IMG/VR virus record: IMGVR_UViG_3300021373_000958
Location: 1-53,515 of that record
DNA length: 53,515 nucleotides
Reading direction: 5' to 3' (one strand)
Origin: a virus
Lineage: Duplodnaviria > Caudoviricetes
Below are positions 47,237-53,515 of this stretch, in pieces. The notes below the pieces were generated by a model. That model did not search any database. It saw only the letters and a program-made list of their open reading frames with translations, and had not been told where the DNA came from. How positions within the stretch are numbered: position 1 is the first letter of the stretch; every line of letters begins with the position of its first letter. Both the position numbers and the translations under genes were made by a program.

Positions 47237-47400
47237 GTCTTTTGGTGTTAATTGTTAAAGTTTAAAGTTTAAAAATCCAAAAAACTTAAAAAAACAAGAA
47301 TTTAAGTTTTCTCATTTTTTCAAAATCTTAAAAAAGTCAGTTTTTTGGATTTTTGAGATTTAGAGAAAACTCGAAAGTCCTCCCCTTGCCTCATGACAGT

Positions 47401-47459
47401 ATTATAGGGCACCTTGGAGGGTCTCTGAGGGTTTCTGTGCCACTTTGAGGACTGGCACA
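47401..47459 (-). promoter_or_regulatory. early-type promoter: palindrome + 29 nt + TATAAT
   Basis: TGTGCCAGTCCTCAAAGTGGCACA-N29-TATAAT. Confidence 0.7.
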
Positions 47460-47540
47460 TGTGTTCTTGACTTTCGATAGGTAGCGTGCTAAGCCAACAT
47501 CTCCACCGCGCCTTTACCCTATTTAATTAACCATTTCTTA

Positions 47541-47637
47541 TTATTGATTATCAATAAGACTTCCTTATTGAGAACCATTGGTATCACTAGCGCGGAGCAC
47601 CTTGAAAACTACATAATTTTCTTATTGATTATCAATA
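47541..47637. repeat. two copies of the palindrome TATTGATTATCAATA plus a half-site
   Basis: TTATTGATTATCAATAA at 47541-47557, TATTGATTATCAATA at 47623-47637, CTTATTGAGAA at 47564-47574. Confidence 0.75.
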
Positions 47638-47775
47638 GCACGATGCTTCGTAACACCTATTACATTTTGCCCTGGGTTGAGATCTTTTACAACTTGTGCT
47701 GCATCTTCATAGTCAATAGCATCTGCTACTGTATGGTATCTTACCATATGATATTCTTCATCCCATGTCTGTACA

Positions 47776-47985
47776 CTATACATTATTCTTCTCTTGTTTA
47801 ACTGTTTGGTAGTATAGTTTATAGTATCGTTGTTTCATATCATTGATGATAGCATTGTCATCATCAAATGCCATATACTTTGTTAGTTGGTATGCTCCTT
47901 CCAGTTCACTGATTAGTCTGAGTATGTTTATACTTGATGGTTCTAATCCACCATGTTTAAATTGACTGGACTGTTGGGATTGCAT
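47776..47985 (-). CDS. conserved hypothetical protein
   Basis: FKHGGLEPSSINILRLISELEGAYQLTKYMAFDDD...MKQRYYKLYY. Confidence 0.7.
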   Translation of the reverse strand: MQSQQSSQFKHGGLEPSSINILRLISELEGAYQLTKYMAFDDDNAIINDMKQRYYKLYYQTVKQEKNNV

Positions 47986-48110
47986 ACTAGTAGATCATAT
48001 GTTGGTTGTTGACAGAAGTATTGTGGTGGTGGTTCAGGTAGTCTTGATAGTGTAATGATAGCAATGATGATTTGTATGAATGGTAGGGCGAATACGATTT
48101 TGTCTCTCAT
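47943..48110 (-). CDS. small membrane protein (55 aa)
   Basis: Manual translation MRDKIVFALPFIQIIIAIITLSRLPEPPPQYFCQQPTYDLLVCNPNSPVNLNMVD; ATGA overlap with the upstream stop. Confidence 0.55.
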   Translation of the reverse strand: MRDKIVFALPFIQIIIAIITLSRLPEPPPQYFCQQPTYDLLVCNPNSPVNLNMVD

Positions 48111-48331
48111 TCAAATACTGGTATAACTTTAGGGTTCCATTCTTCTCTTACTGCTTTCATTATGTGTTTGGGCACACCATAGTAACCCATATGCATCCAT
48201 ACACAGTCAACATAGCGTAGATCTTCTCGATCTGCGTCTACAGTGAATGCATCACAGTATTGTACAATATCATATGGGACTTCAATCTTTTTCCATGTGA
48301 TAGGTTCTTCAACATAGTATGGTACAGTCAT
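48107..48331 (-). CDS. hypothetical protein
   Basis: 74-aa ORF translationally coupled on both sides. Confidence 0.7.
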   Translation of the reverse strand: MTVPYYVEEPITWKKIEVPYDIVQYCDAFTVDADREDLRYVDCVWMHMGYYGVPKHIMKAVREEWNPKVIPVFE

Positions 48332-48426
48332 TTGAATCGTTTAATTGCGTCTTTTACTGGCCAAGTGTATTCTAGTGTTGCTACTAGAAGAATAGTGAAT
48401 GAGAGAACAAAGAATGTACTAATCAT
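48328..48426 (-). CDS. tiny membrane peptide (32 aa)
   Basis: MISTFFVLSFTILLVATLEYTWPVKDAIKRFK; ATGA overlaps at both ends. Confidence 0.55.
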   Translation of the reverse strand: MISTFFVLSFTILLVATLEYTWPVKDAIKRFK

Positions 48427-48956
48427 AGTGCTAGATTAAATGAGAGGGCGATGCGTTCTTCATCAGTAGTAGAGAAATATACTCTGTGTCTAAGTGATGC
48501 AGGGAACATTAACATTTGCCCTTCTACTGGTGTGAACTTATAGACAGTGTAATAATTATACTGTTGTTGTAGTTCTGGTTTGAATGAATTGATTGCTTTG
48601 TATTGTGCGAAGCAATCAGGATGTTCAAACTCTAGTGGTGCTGGATCTGGTGGTAGTTTCAACCATAATACACCTGCCCAATCATTTCTTGGATGTTGGT
48701 GTGAGTAATTACCTTGTAGATTAGTATTGACCATATACCATGCTAGTGATGAAGTATATGGGAATGGAATATATGGTGAGAGTAGATCAGGTAATGGTTG
48801 ATAGTTAGAATGCCATCCACCCATATTAGATGCTTTCATTCCTTTGGTATCTTGTTGTCTGAGTTTGTTTAATTCAGGCAATAGATCTTTGTAGTTTGGT
48901 ATTTGGAATTGTAGCACCATTGTAGGGAACAATGGGATGGCATTACATTCAATCAT
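48423..48956 (-). CDS. putative 2OG-Fe(II) oxygenase (TIGR02466-like)
   Basis: PLFPT...SNMGGWHS...NYSHQHP..WAGVLWLK...PVEGQMLMFPASLRHRV....ERIALSFN. Confidence 0.85.
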   Translation of the reverse strand: MIECNAIPLFPTMVLQFQIPNYKDLLPELNKLRQQDTKGMKASNMGGWHSNYQPLPDLLSPYIPFPYTSSLAWYMVNTNLQGNYSHQHPRNDWAGVLWLKLPPDPAPLEFEHPDCFAQYKAINSFKPELQQQYNYYTVYKFTPVEGQMLMFPASLRHRVYFSTTDEERIALSFNLAL

Positions 48957-49149
48957 CTACTTTCTTAATCGTGATAGTATTATCATCATTGACAATCCAT
49001 TCTAACACATCACCTTCTTGCCAGTCAAGTTCATCTAGGATCTCATCTGGTAGAGGGAGAATGCATTCATCACCGTCCTCCTCCAGTGTAACAGTATAGT
49101 TTGTATTGGGGGTTGTATCGTTCAATGTATTTTCTAGCATGTTCTTCAC
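48949..49149 (-). CDS. AbrB/MazE/SpoVT-like DNA-binding protein
   Basis: YTVTLEEDGDECILPLPDEILDELDWQEGDVLEWIVNDDNTITIKK, swapped-hairpin pattern; start position uncertain. Confidence 0.7.
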   Translation of the reverse strand: MKNMLENTLNDTTPNTNYTVTLEEDGDECILPLPDEILDELDWQEGDVLEWIVNDDNTITIKKVDD

Positions 49150-49582
49150 AGGTAAACCAACACTTTTTCTTTTCAGTTAGATCATCAAGGAAATAGGGGA
49201 AAGATGTCAGGTGGGGGAACAGTTCGATCTTGCGACTGTTCTGTATCTTGATCTCTTGCTGCGAGGAAGTCTTCCGCGTTTTGGATGTCTTCGAAGAGTT
49301 CGATTGCGGACTGGTCGATGAACTCGTAGAGCGTGGTGTCTTTTTCGTCGTGGGGACCGACTTCGTAGGACGCTTGGATGTATTCTTGGTAGGCGATTTC
49401 GTCTTCGATGTGGTCGTTGATTTGGTTGACTGCTTCGGTTGCGTTGTCAAGGACGCCAAGTTCTTCGAGAGACTTGAGTTTGTCTTGGATTGCGTTGATG
49501 AAGTCTTCTTCTGTCCAGGTGTTGAACATCTTTTCGTTGGGGTCGTTTTCGTCCCAACTGATTGTGAACGTGTTTTCGCCAT
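49070..49582 (-). CDS. K/T/S-rich basic protein with a globular C-terminal domain, overprinted on the acidic ORF
   Basis: C-terminus LFPHLTSFPYFLDDLTEKKKCWFTCEEHARKYIERY looks folded; the only in-frame ATG is at 49582. Confidence 0.55.
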   Translation of the reverse strand: MAKTRSQSVGTKTTPTKRCSTPGQKKTSSTQSKTNSSLSKNLASLTTQPKQSTKSTTTSKTKSPTKNTSKRPTKSVPTTKKTPRSTSSSTSPQSNSSKTSKTRKTSSQQEIKIQNSRKIELFPHLTSFPYFLDDLTEKKKCWFTCEEHARKYIERYNPQYKLYCYTGGGR

Positions 49583-49601
49583 CTTGTGTTACCTCAATCA
49601 T
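49185..49601 (-). CDS. acidic hypothetical protein
   Basis: MIEVTQDGENTFTISWDENDPNEKMFNTWTEEDFINAI; coupled to the upstream stop. Confidence 0.7.
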   Translation of the reverse strand: MIEVTQDGENTFTISWDENDPNEKMFNTWTEEDFINAIQDKLKSLEELGVLDNATEAVNQINDHIEDEIAYQEYIQASYEVGPHDEKDTTLYEFIDQSAIELFEDIQNAEDFLAARDQDTEQSQDRTVPPPDIFPLFP

Positions 49602-49977
49602 CGCCTAAATGGTCCGCACATGCTAGTGTATCACACTCATTCTTATATTGCAACTCATAGGGTGTGAGTGCTTCATTGAGTGCTTCTAATACATTCTCTT
49701 TGAAACTACGATACGGAATGAACAGTTCATCCTCACCATTCTTATACTCTGGGTGAGCATCTTTGAATGCATACTCAGTATCATAGATCAGTGATTGCGT
49801 GATGTCTCTGAGGACTTCTTGACATGTGCCAGGCAGGTTGGAATAATTACCACCACCAGTGCCATACATCATATCCTTCACTTTGTTCATCATGTTGATG
49901 TACACTTGTGCTTTCTGTTCGAACAACAGTTCAAACTCTTGTTGATGTTCTTCAGTTTGAAAATCAGGGATACTCAT
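49594..49977 (-). CDS. hypothetical protein
   Basis: 127-aa ORF with coupled junctions. Confidence 0.7.
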   Translation of the reverse strand: MSIPDFQTEEHQQEFELLFEQKAQVYINMMNKVKDMMYGTGGGNYSNLPGTCQEVLRDITQSLIYDTEYAFKDAHPEYKNGEDELFIPYRSFKENVLEALNEALTPYELQYKNECDTLACADHLGDD

Positions 49978-50189
49978 TTGTTCTTCTCACAATAAAGGAA
50001 ATACTTGTACTCAGCGAGTTGATTGTTGGTCCATCTAATTATATCACACTCTTTGTATGTGCCAACTACATCAGCAGATGGTTCAGCGATTGGTATATTA
50101 TTATTACCAACAACCATGGCAATTACTACAAAAGCAAATGCCGTGATGGCAATACTAAATGCGACACCATTACGAAACTCATTAGTCAT
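49974..50189 (-). CDS. membrane-anchored hypothetical protein
   Basis: MTNEFRNGVAFSIAITAFAFVVIAMVV...VVGTYKECDIIRW...YFLYC; ATG 50189 preferred. Confidence 0.65.
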   Translation of the reverse strand: MTNEFRNGVAFSIAITAFAFVVIAMVVGNNNIPIAEPSADVVGTYKECDIIRWTNNQLAEYKYFLYCEKNK

Positions 50190-50364
50190 AAGTGGTAAAG
50201 AGAAATACTTTGAGTGTTTGTCCGTCATCCTGAAGTGATACTTGAACATTAGAGCATTCGTATCTTACAAACTCTCTTCCTTCACCAGTAATTACTTCAA
50301 CACGAGTTACATCAGGATAGTTCTTTAGGAAATCTCCATTTGGTTGTTGAATGTCTTCACTCAT
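50182..50364 (-). CDS. conserved hypothetical protein
   Basis: DVTRVEVITGEGREFVRY...VSLQDDGQTLKVFL. Confidence 0.7.
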   Translation of the reverse strand: MSEDIQQPNGDFLKNYPDVTRVEVITGEGREFVRYECSNVQVSLQDDGQTLKVFLFTTYD

Positions 50365-50828
50365 GCTACTCCATCAGCACTGTCAACTAATGCTTCCATG
50401 TCAGAATGTCCCCATGGTGGCATATGATCACCTTTGATCTTCGGTTCACTACCAAAGTTCTTCTCATAATGAGCATTCATTTTTGCCCATTGAGCATCAC
50501 GCTCTTTCCACTGTTCATACTTCTTGTCAAGATCTTCATCCATGGTGAGTTCATACTCAGCACATACTTTACGCTGATCTTCCTCACGCACACAGTCATT
50601 GAATACCAATGACATAGCACCAGAGCGAATGGATTGTGGGTCCATGCCTACACATAGCATGAATTTCTCAAATAACTTGAAATACTGTTTGGCATTGAGA
50701 TCAGCAGCAGGTGCTGTAATCAAATAATGCTCTTCAGGAATGTAATCATCACTAGTCCAAGATGATGTACCATAGGTGGGAGTGAAGGTAGCATCAAACT
50801 TAAATTGTACTTCTGCTTCGTAGGTCAT
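50361..50828 (-). CDS. conserved hypothetical protein
   Basis: 155-aa ORF with ATGA-coupled junctions. Confidence 0.7.
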   Translation of the reverse strand: MTYEAEVQFKFDATFTPTYGTSSWTSDDYIPEEHYLITAPAADLNAKQYFKLFEKFMLCVGMDPQSIRSGAMSLVFNDCVREEDQRKVCAEYELTMDEDLDKKYEQWKERDAQWAKMNAHYEKNFGSEPKIKGDHMPPWGHSDMEALVDSADGVA

Positions 50829-51028
50829 GAATATGTCCTCATGAATTGATCAAGGGTGAAGATGTCATCAGTCTGTGTCTCTTCTACTAGTTCATCATAG
50901 GATAGATCCTTGATTGCGTCAAGGTATTCTTCTGGTGTGGGATCTTCCTCTGGGTCAAAGTCATCATGGCATAACCACTCATACTCTTTGACTAGAGCAT
51001 CAATTAGTTCTTGATTAGTGTATGTCAT
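50825..51028 (-). CDS. acidic hypothetical protein
   Basis: MTYTNQELIDALVKEYEWLCHDDFDP...; ATG 51028 by ATGA overlap. Confidence 0.7.
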   Translation of the reverse strand: MTYTNQELIDALVKEYEWLCHDDFDPEEDPTPEEYLDAIKDLSYDELVEETQTDDIFTLDQFMRTYS

Positions 51029-51693
51029 TTGATAAAACCTTCCTCTTCCAACCATTTGCGTGTGAGTGGTGTCGGTTCATAAACTGTCCACATATTACCA
51101 TCAGCACATGCTTTGAGTGCTTTCATGGTCATGCCTTCAGTTTTACCTGCCCATGTTGCTTCTGCTTCCCATGGTACAGCACTAGCAGGATATGTTTTCT
51201 CTGCAATCTCACGCCACAGAGGTGGCACTGCCTCTTCAGGTTTAATAATAGCAATCATGCTATTCTTGATACTACCTGCCATACAATCTTGTGCAGCGTG
51301 CCATCCTTCATGCCTCATTACACTCATCAGAGTATTATAACGCTTCACGAGTGTACCATTGAGGAAGAAGTTATTACTGACTGTGTGATAGACACCACGA
51401 TGACCAGGAGGGAAATACTTCTCAGGTGCCATGTATACTTTGACACCAACCTTGCCCAATGATGTCATCATCTCATTGAACTCTGTGCGGACTGGCTCCA
51501 TCATGCCATACTTCTGATAGTATTTGCCTACATCAGCAGCAGATTTGATCTCAACTACACCATCAGTACACTCACGAAGGATCATACATCCCATGGCATC
51601 GTAAGTATAATATCCCTTGATGTCTGCTTCCTTAGCTTTAGACGCTGGGATCATCATTGTCATCAGGATTGCGAGGATTAGCGAACGTGCCAT
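51025..51693 (-). CDS. exported protein with HExxH zinc-metallopeptidase-like motif
   Basis: N-terminal signal-like MARSLILAILMTMMIPASKA; RGVYHTVSNNFFLN...VMRHEGWHAAQDC...WEAEA (HExxH plus downstream E). Confidence 0.65.
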   Translation of the reverse strand: MARSLILAILMTMMIPASKAKEADIKGYYTYDAMGCMILRECTDGVVEIKSAADVGKYYQKYGMMEPVRTEFNEMMTSLGKVGVKVYMAPEKYFPPGHRGVYHTVSNNFFLNGTLVKRYNTLMSVMRHEGWHAAQDCMAGSIKNSMIAIIKPEEAVPPLWREIAEKTYPASAVPWEAEATWAGKTEGMTMKALKACADGNMWTVYEPTPLTRKWLEEEGFIK

Positions 51694-51814
51694 AGTTGTA
51701 TGTGTAATAAAGGAAGTTGTTGATGCTACGCTCGATGCCTAGCGATTGTTTCACATCCAACCATGACTGATACTCTAGTTGGAGATCTTCACCTAATTCA
51801 AGAGTGACTTTCAT
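51638..51814 (-). CDS. hypothetical protein
   Basis: MKVTLELGEDLQLEYQSWLDVKQSLGIERSINNFLYY; ATG 51814 preferred. Confidence 0.6.
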   Translation of the reverse strand: MKVTLELGEDLQLEYQSWLDVKQSLGIERSINNFLYYTYNYGTFANPRNPDDNDDPSV

Positions 51815-51956
51815 TGTATTTCCTGATGGAGAACATGATGCTGTCTGCTTTAGCATAATCCCCAGCATTACATGCTTCCATGTAACTGAGGATCATCTTC
51901 TTCAGTTCATCACTCAGAGGTGAGTTGGGCGTAGAGTTGGAGGAGTTCTTCTTCAT
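51798..51956 (-). CDS. hypothetical protein (52 aa)
   Basis: Manual translation MKKNSSNSTPNSPLSDELKKMILSYMEACNAGDYAKADSIMFSIRKYNESHS; fills the gap; start uncertain. Confidence 0.45.
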   Translation of the reverse strand: MKKNSSNSTPNSPLSDELKKMILSYMEACNAGDYAKADSIMFSIRKYNESHS

Positions 51957-52134
51957 TGTAGTAGAGGGTTTCTTCTTCTTCCATTTGCTCAGGATCTAAC
52001 CACTCAAAGAACTCATCGGCAATAGCGAGAGCACTGTCATGGTCTTCTTCTACCATCAGTTCTTTGAAACGATCAGTACACCAATCGTAGATAAGATCGC
52101 GCTGGTAAGAAAGGCGTTGGGTGTCAGTGCTCAT
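51910..52134 (-). CDS. acidic hypothetical protein
   Basis: 74-aa ORF in tandem cluster. Confidence 0.7.
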   Translation of the reverse strand: MSTDTQRLSYQRDLIYDWCTDRFKELMVEEDHDSALAIADEFFEWLDPEQMEEEETLYYNEEELLQLYAQLTSE

Positions 52135-52136
52135 GA

Positions 52137-52385
52137 TCAGAGTTTGTTGGCGAACAGGATGTTGTTGAGGTGGTCGTATTGAATGAATTCTACATCATCA
52201 GGGAGCAGAGAGACAGCGGCAGCAGCAAAATCGTTAGGAAACTTCTTGAAGAGACGCCAGAACTTCTCTACACCATCATAATCTAGATCATCGTGAGGGA
52301 GAACACGGATCTCATACTGACCACGAGTGTAACGATTAGGGAAAGGATTGATAAACTCGCGGATGTGCTCTTGTAGCATGTTCAT
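52137..52385 (-). CDS. hypothetical protein
   Basis: MNMLQEHIREFINPFPNRYTRGQYEIRV...; ATG 52385 by ATGA overlap. Confidence 0.7.
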   Translation of the reverse strand: MNMLQEHIREFINPFPNRYTRGQYEIRVLPHDDLDYDGVEKFWRLFKKFPNDFAAAAVSLLPDDVEFIQYDHLNNILFANKL

Positions 52386-52609
52386 TTGATAAAGACCTCT
52401 TGAGCGTGTTCGATGTGCAGTTGCGCTGCTTGCTTCAGATAATAACACATGTGAGCAACATAGTCCACATCTTCTTCATTAGGATCGAAGTCGTAAGCAC
52501 AATCCCAATCCACAGTGCCGTCTGGATTAACAGGCGCACCGTAGAAATCATCACCATCGAGGGCAAAAGCATGATCGTCAGCAACAATATAGAACTGAGG
52601 AGCAGACAT
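52382..52609 (-). CDS. hypothetical protein
   Basis: MSAPQFYIVADDHAFALDGDDFYGAPVNPDGTVDWD. Confidence 0.7.
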   Translation of the reverse strand: MSAPQFYIVADDHAFALDGDDFYGAPVNPDGTVDWDCAYDFDPNEEDVDYVAHMCYYLKQAAQLHIEHAQEVFIK

Positions 52610-52660
52610 TGGAGGAGAAGCGAATGAACTAGAGTAATTTAGCAGAGAAAGCGCGGAATG

Positions 52661-53014
52661 TCAACGCATGTAGAGGTAACCACCTGCCCAGTCACACTTT
52701 TCAAACATCTCTTCGCGGGAAGGAATAGAGAGAAGATTGTAACGAACACCCTTGGCAGGCGCTTTGGTGTTAGCAGGTTTGTAGACCTCACCAGTCTTCT
52801 TGTCAATGAAAGCGTGGATACTATCACGCTTGCCGTTGATGGTCATGTAGATCTTGTGATACTTACGACCATCAGAGTTCAAGTCATAACCATAACCATC
52901 AGGAGCATCTTGAGTGAGAGCATCACACAGCATCAGGCAATACTTCACGATGTTGAGGTGAATGGTGTTGCGGGCGGTTTGCTCGGAAGCGAACTGGGCG
53001 AAGGTGGCGGTCAT
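52661..53014 (-). CDS. conserved phage hypothetical protein (GRKYHKI...HAF.DKKTGEVYKPA family)
   Basis: GRKYHKIYM...SIHAFIDKKTGEVYKPANTKAPAKGVRYNL...CDWAGGYLY; start placed after the promoter. Confidence 0.75.
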   Translation of the reverse strand: MTATFAQFASEQTARNTIHLNIVKYCLMLCDALTQDAPDGYGYDLNSDGRKYHKIYMTINGKRDSIHAFIDKKTGEVYKPANTKAPAKGVRYNLLSIPSREEMFEKCDWAGGYLYMR

Positions 53015-53035
53015 GTCGTTGTCTGAACTGAGATC

Positions 53036-53094
53036 AGTATAGAGGGTCTTGGTGGGGTTCGGGAGACTGATCATGCCACTTCCTCAGCTGGCAC
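53036..53094 (-). promoter_or_regulatory. early-type promoter: palindrome + 30 nt + TATACT
   Basis: GTGCCAGCTGAGGAAGTGGCATG-N30-TATACT. Confidence 0.65.
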
Positions 53095-53277
53095 ACGGGA
53101 CACGGTGAGACGCTTGAAGTCATACTGACGCCAGGCATCACATGCCTCGTTCACCATACGATTGTGCTGACGGTCCATGCCCTTGGCAGTGGTGCAACGC
53201 TTGACCTTACGGAAATACACGATGGGGATCTCGGTCTCGGGCATGTCGATCTCGATCTTGTAGTGTGAGTAGGTCAT
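53071..53277 (-). CDS. hypothetical protein
   Basis: 68-aa ORF with AAGGA upstream and its own promoter. Confidence 0.7.
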   Translation of the reverse strand: MTYSHYKIEIDMPETEIPIVYFRKVKRCTTAKGMDRQHNRMVNEACDAWRQYDFKRLTVSRVPAEEVA

Positions 53278-53303
53278 GGGTGGTGTCCTTTGCTGATGTA
53301 ATC

Positions 53304-53361
53304 AGTATAGGGCAGATCAGAGCAGTTCTCGTGCCTCGTAGGACAGTTCCTCAACTGGCAT
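53304..53361 (-). promoter_or_regulatory. early-type promoter: palindrome + 29 nt + TATACT
   Basis: ATGCCAGTTGAGGAACTGTCCTA-N29-TATACT. Confidence 0.65.
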
Positions 53362-53439
53362 ATCGCGTTCGATCTCGGTCACATCGTATTCTTCATCGAG
53401 TTGATCCAGGAGCCAGCGGTCGAGCATAACTTCATTCAT
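53317..53439 (-). CDS. small acidic hypothetical protein (40 aa)
   Basis: Manual translation MNEVMLDRWLLDQLDEEYDVTEIERDMPVEELSYEARELL. Confidence 0.5.
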   Translation of the reverse strand: MNEVMLDRWLLDQLDEEYDVTEIERDMPVEELSYEARELL

Positions 53440-53515
53440 GGTTCAAAAAAGGGTAAGTTGTTGAAAGTTAATGTGGTCAGAGCAAGAGTCATCGTCTTGC
53501 AGGCCTAGCATGTCA

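Noticed and set aside
44365-47459. CRISPR-like array or integron attC cassette array
   Set aside because: Repeats are degenerate, irregularly spaced by whole genes and always tied to a -10 box; no cas or integrase gene; a promoter motif explains them better
49230-49667. Hydrophobic plus-strand ORF opposite the dual-coding region
   Set aside because: V/F/L-rich composition is the expected antisense reading of the acidic/basic frames; no plus-strand expression signals
1-53515. tRNA, rRNA, intron, intein or homing endonuclease
   Set aside because: No cloverleaf, interrupted gene, intein terminal motifs or HNH/GIY-YIG/LAGLIDADG motif recognised by eye; tRNAscan/Infernal would be needed to exclude fully

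Overview
Segment of a T4-like marine cyanomyophage genome (Synechococcus/Prochlorococcus phage type); every credible gene is on the minus strand. Reading in transcription order (right to left): (i) 43.6-53.5 kb is a dense cluster of small early-type ORFs. It carries ten copies of a palindrome + sigma70-like -10 promoter, an orphan HicA-like gene, a KTSC-like gene, an AbrB/MazE-like gene, a 2OG-Fe(II) oxygenase, an HExxH protein, several overlapping reading frames and a structured AT-rich non-coding stretch. (ii) 1-43.5 kb is a late structural module under TAAATA late promoters: PAAR-like spike, gp25, gp6, giant gp7, gp8, a VrlC/DUF4815-like protein, two large fibre-like proteins, three tandem paralogous fibre-tip genes with a probable chaperone and two 2OG-Fe(II) oxygenases, then neck proteins gp13 and gp14 (truncated). 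The most striking observation is five helical repeats in two virion proteins (three in the 2996-aa fibre, two in gp7) that resemble phycobiliprotein subunits. Four of them keep a 'C-x-R-D-[IL]-G-[YHF]' motif like the bilin-attachment site, and they are nested inside one another. All family assignments come from motif recognition by eye, not database searches.
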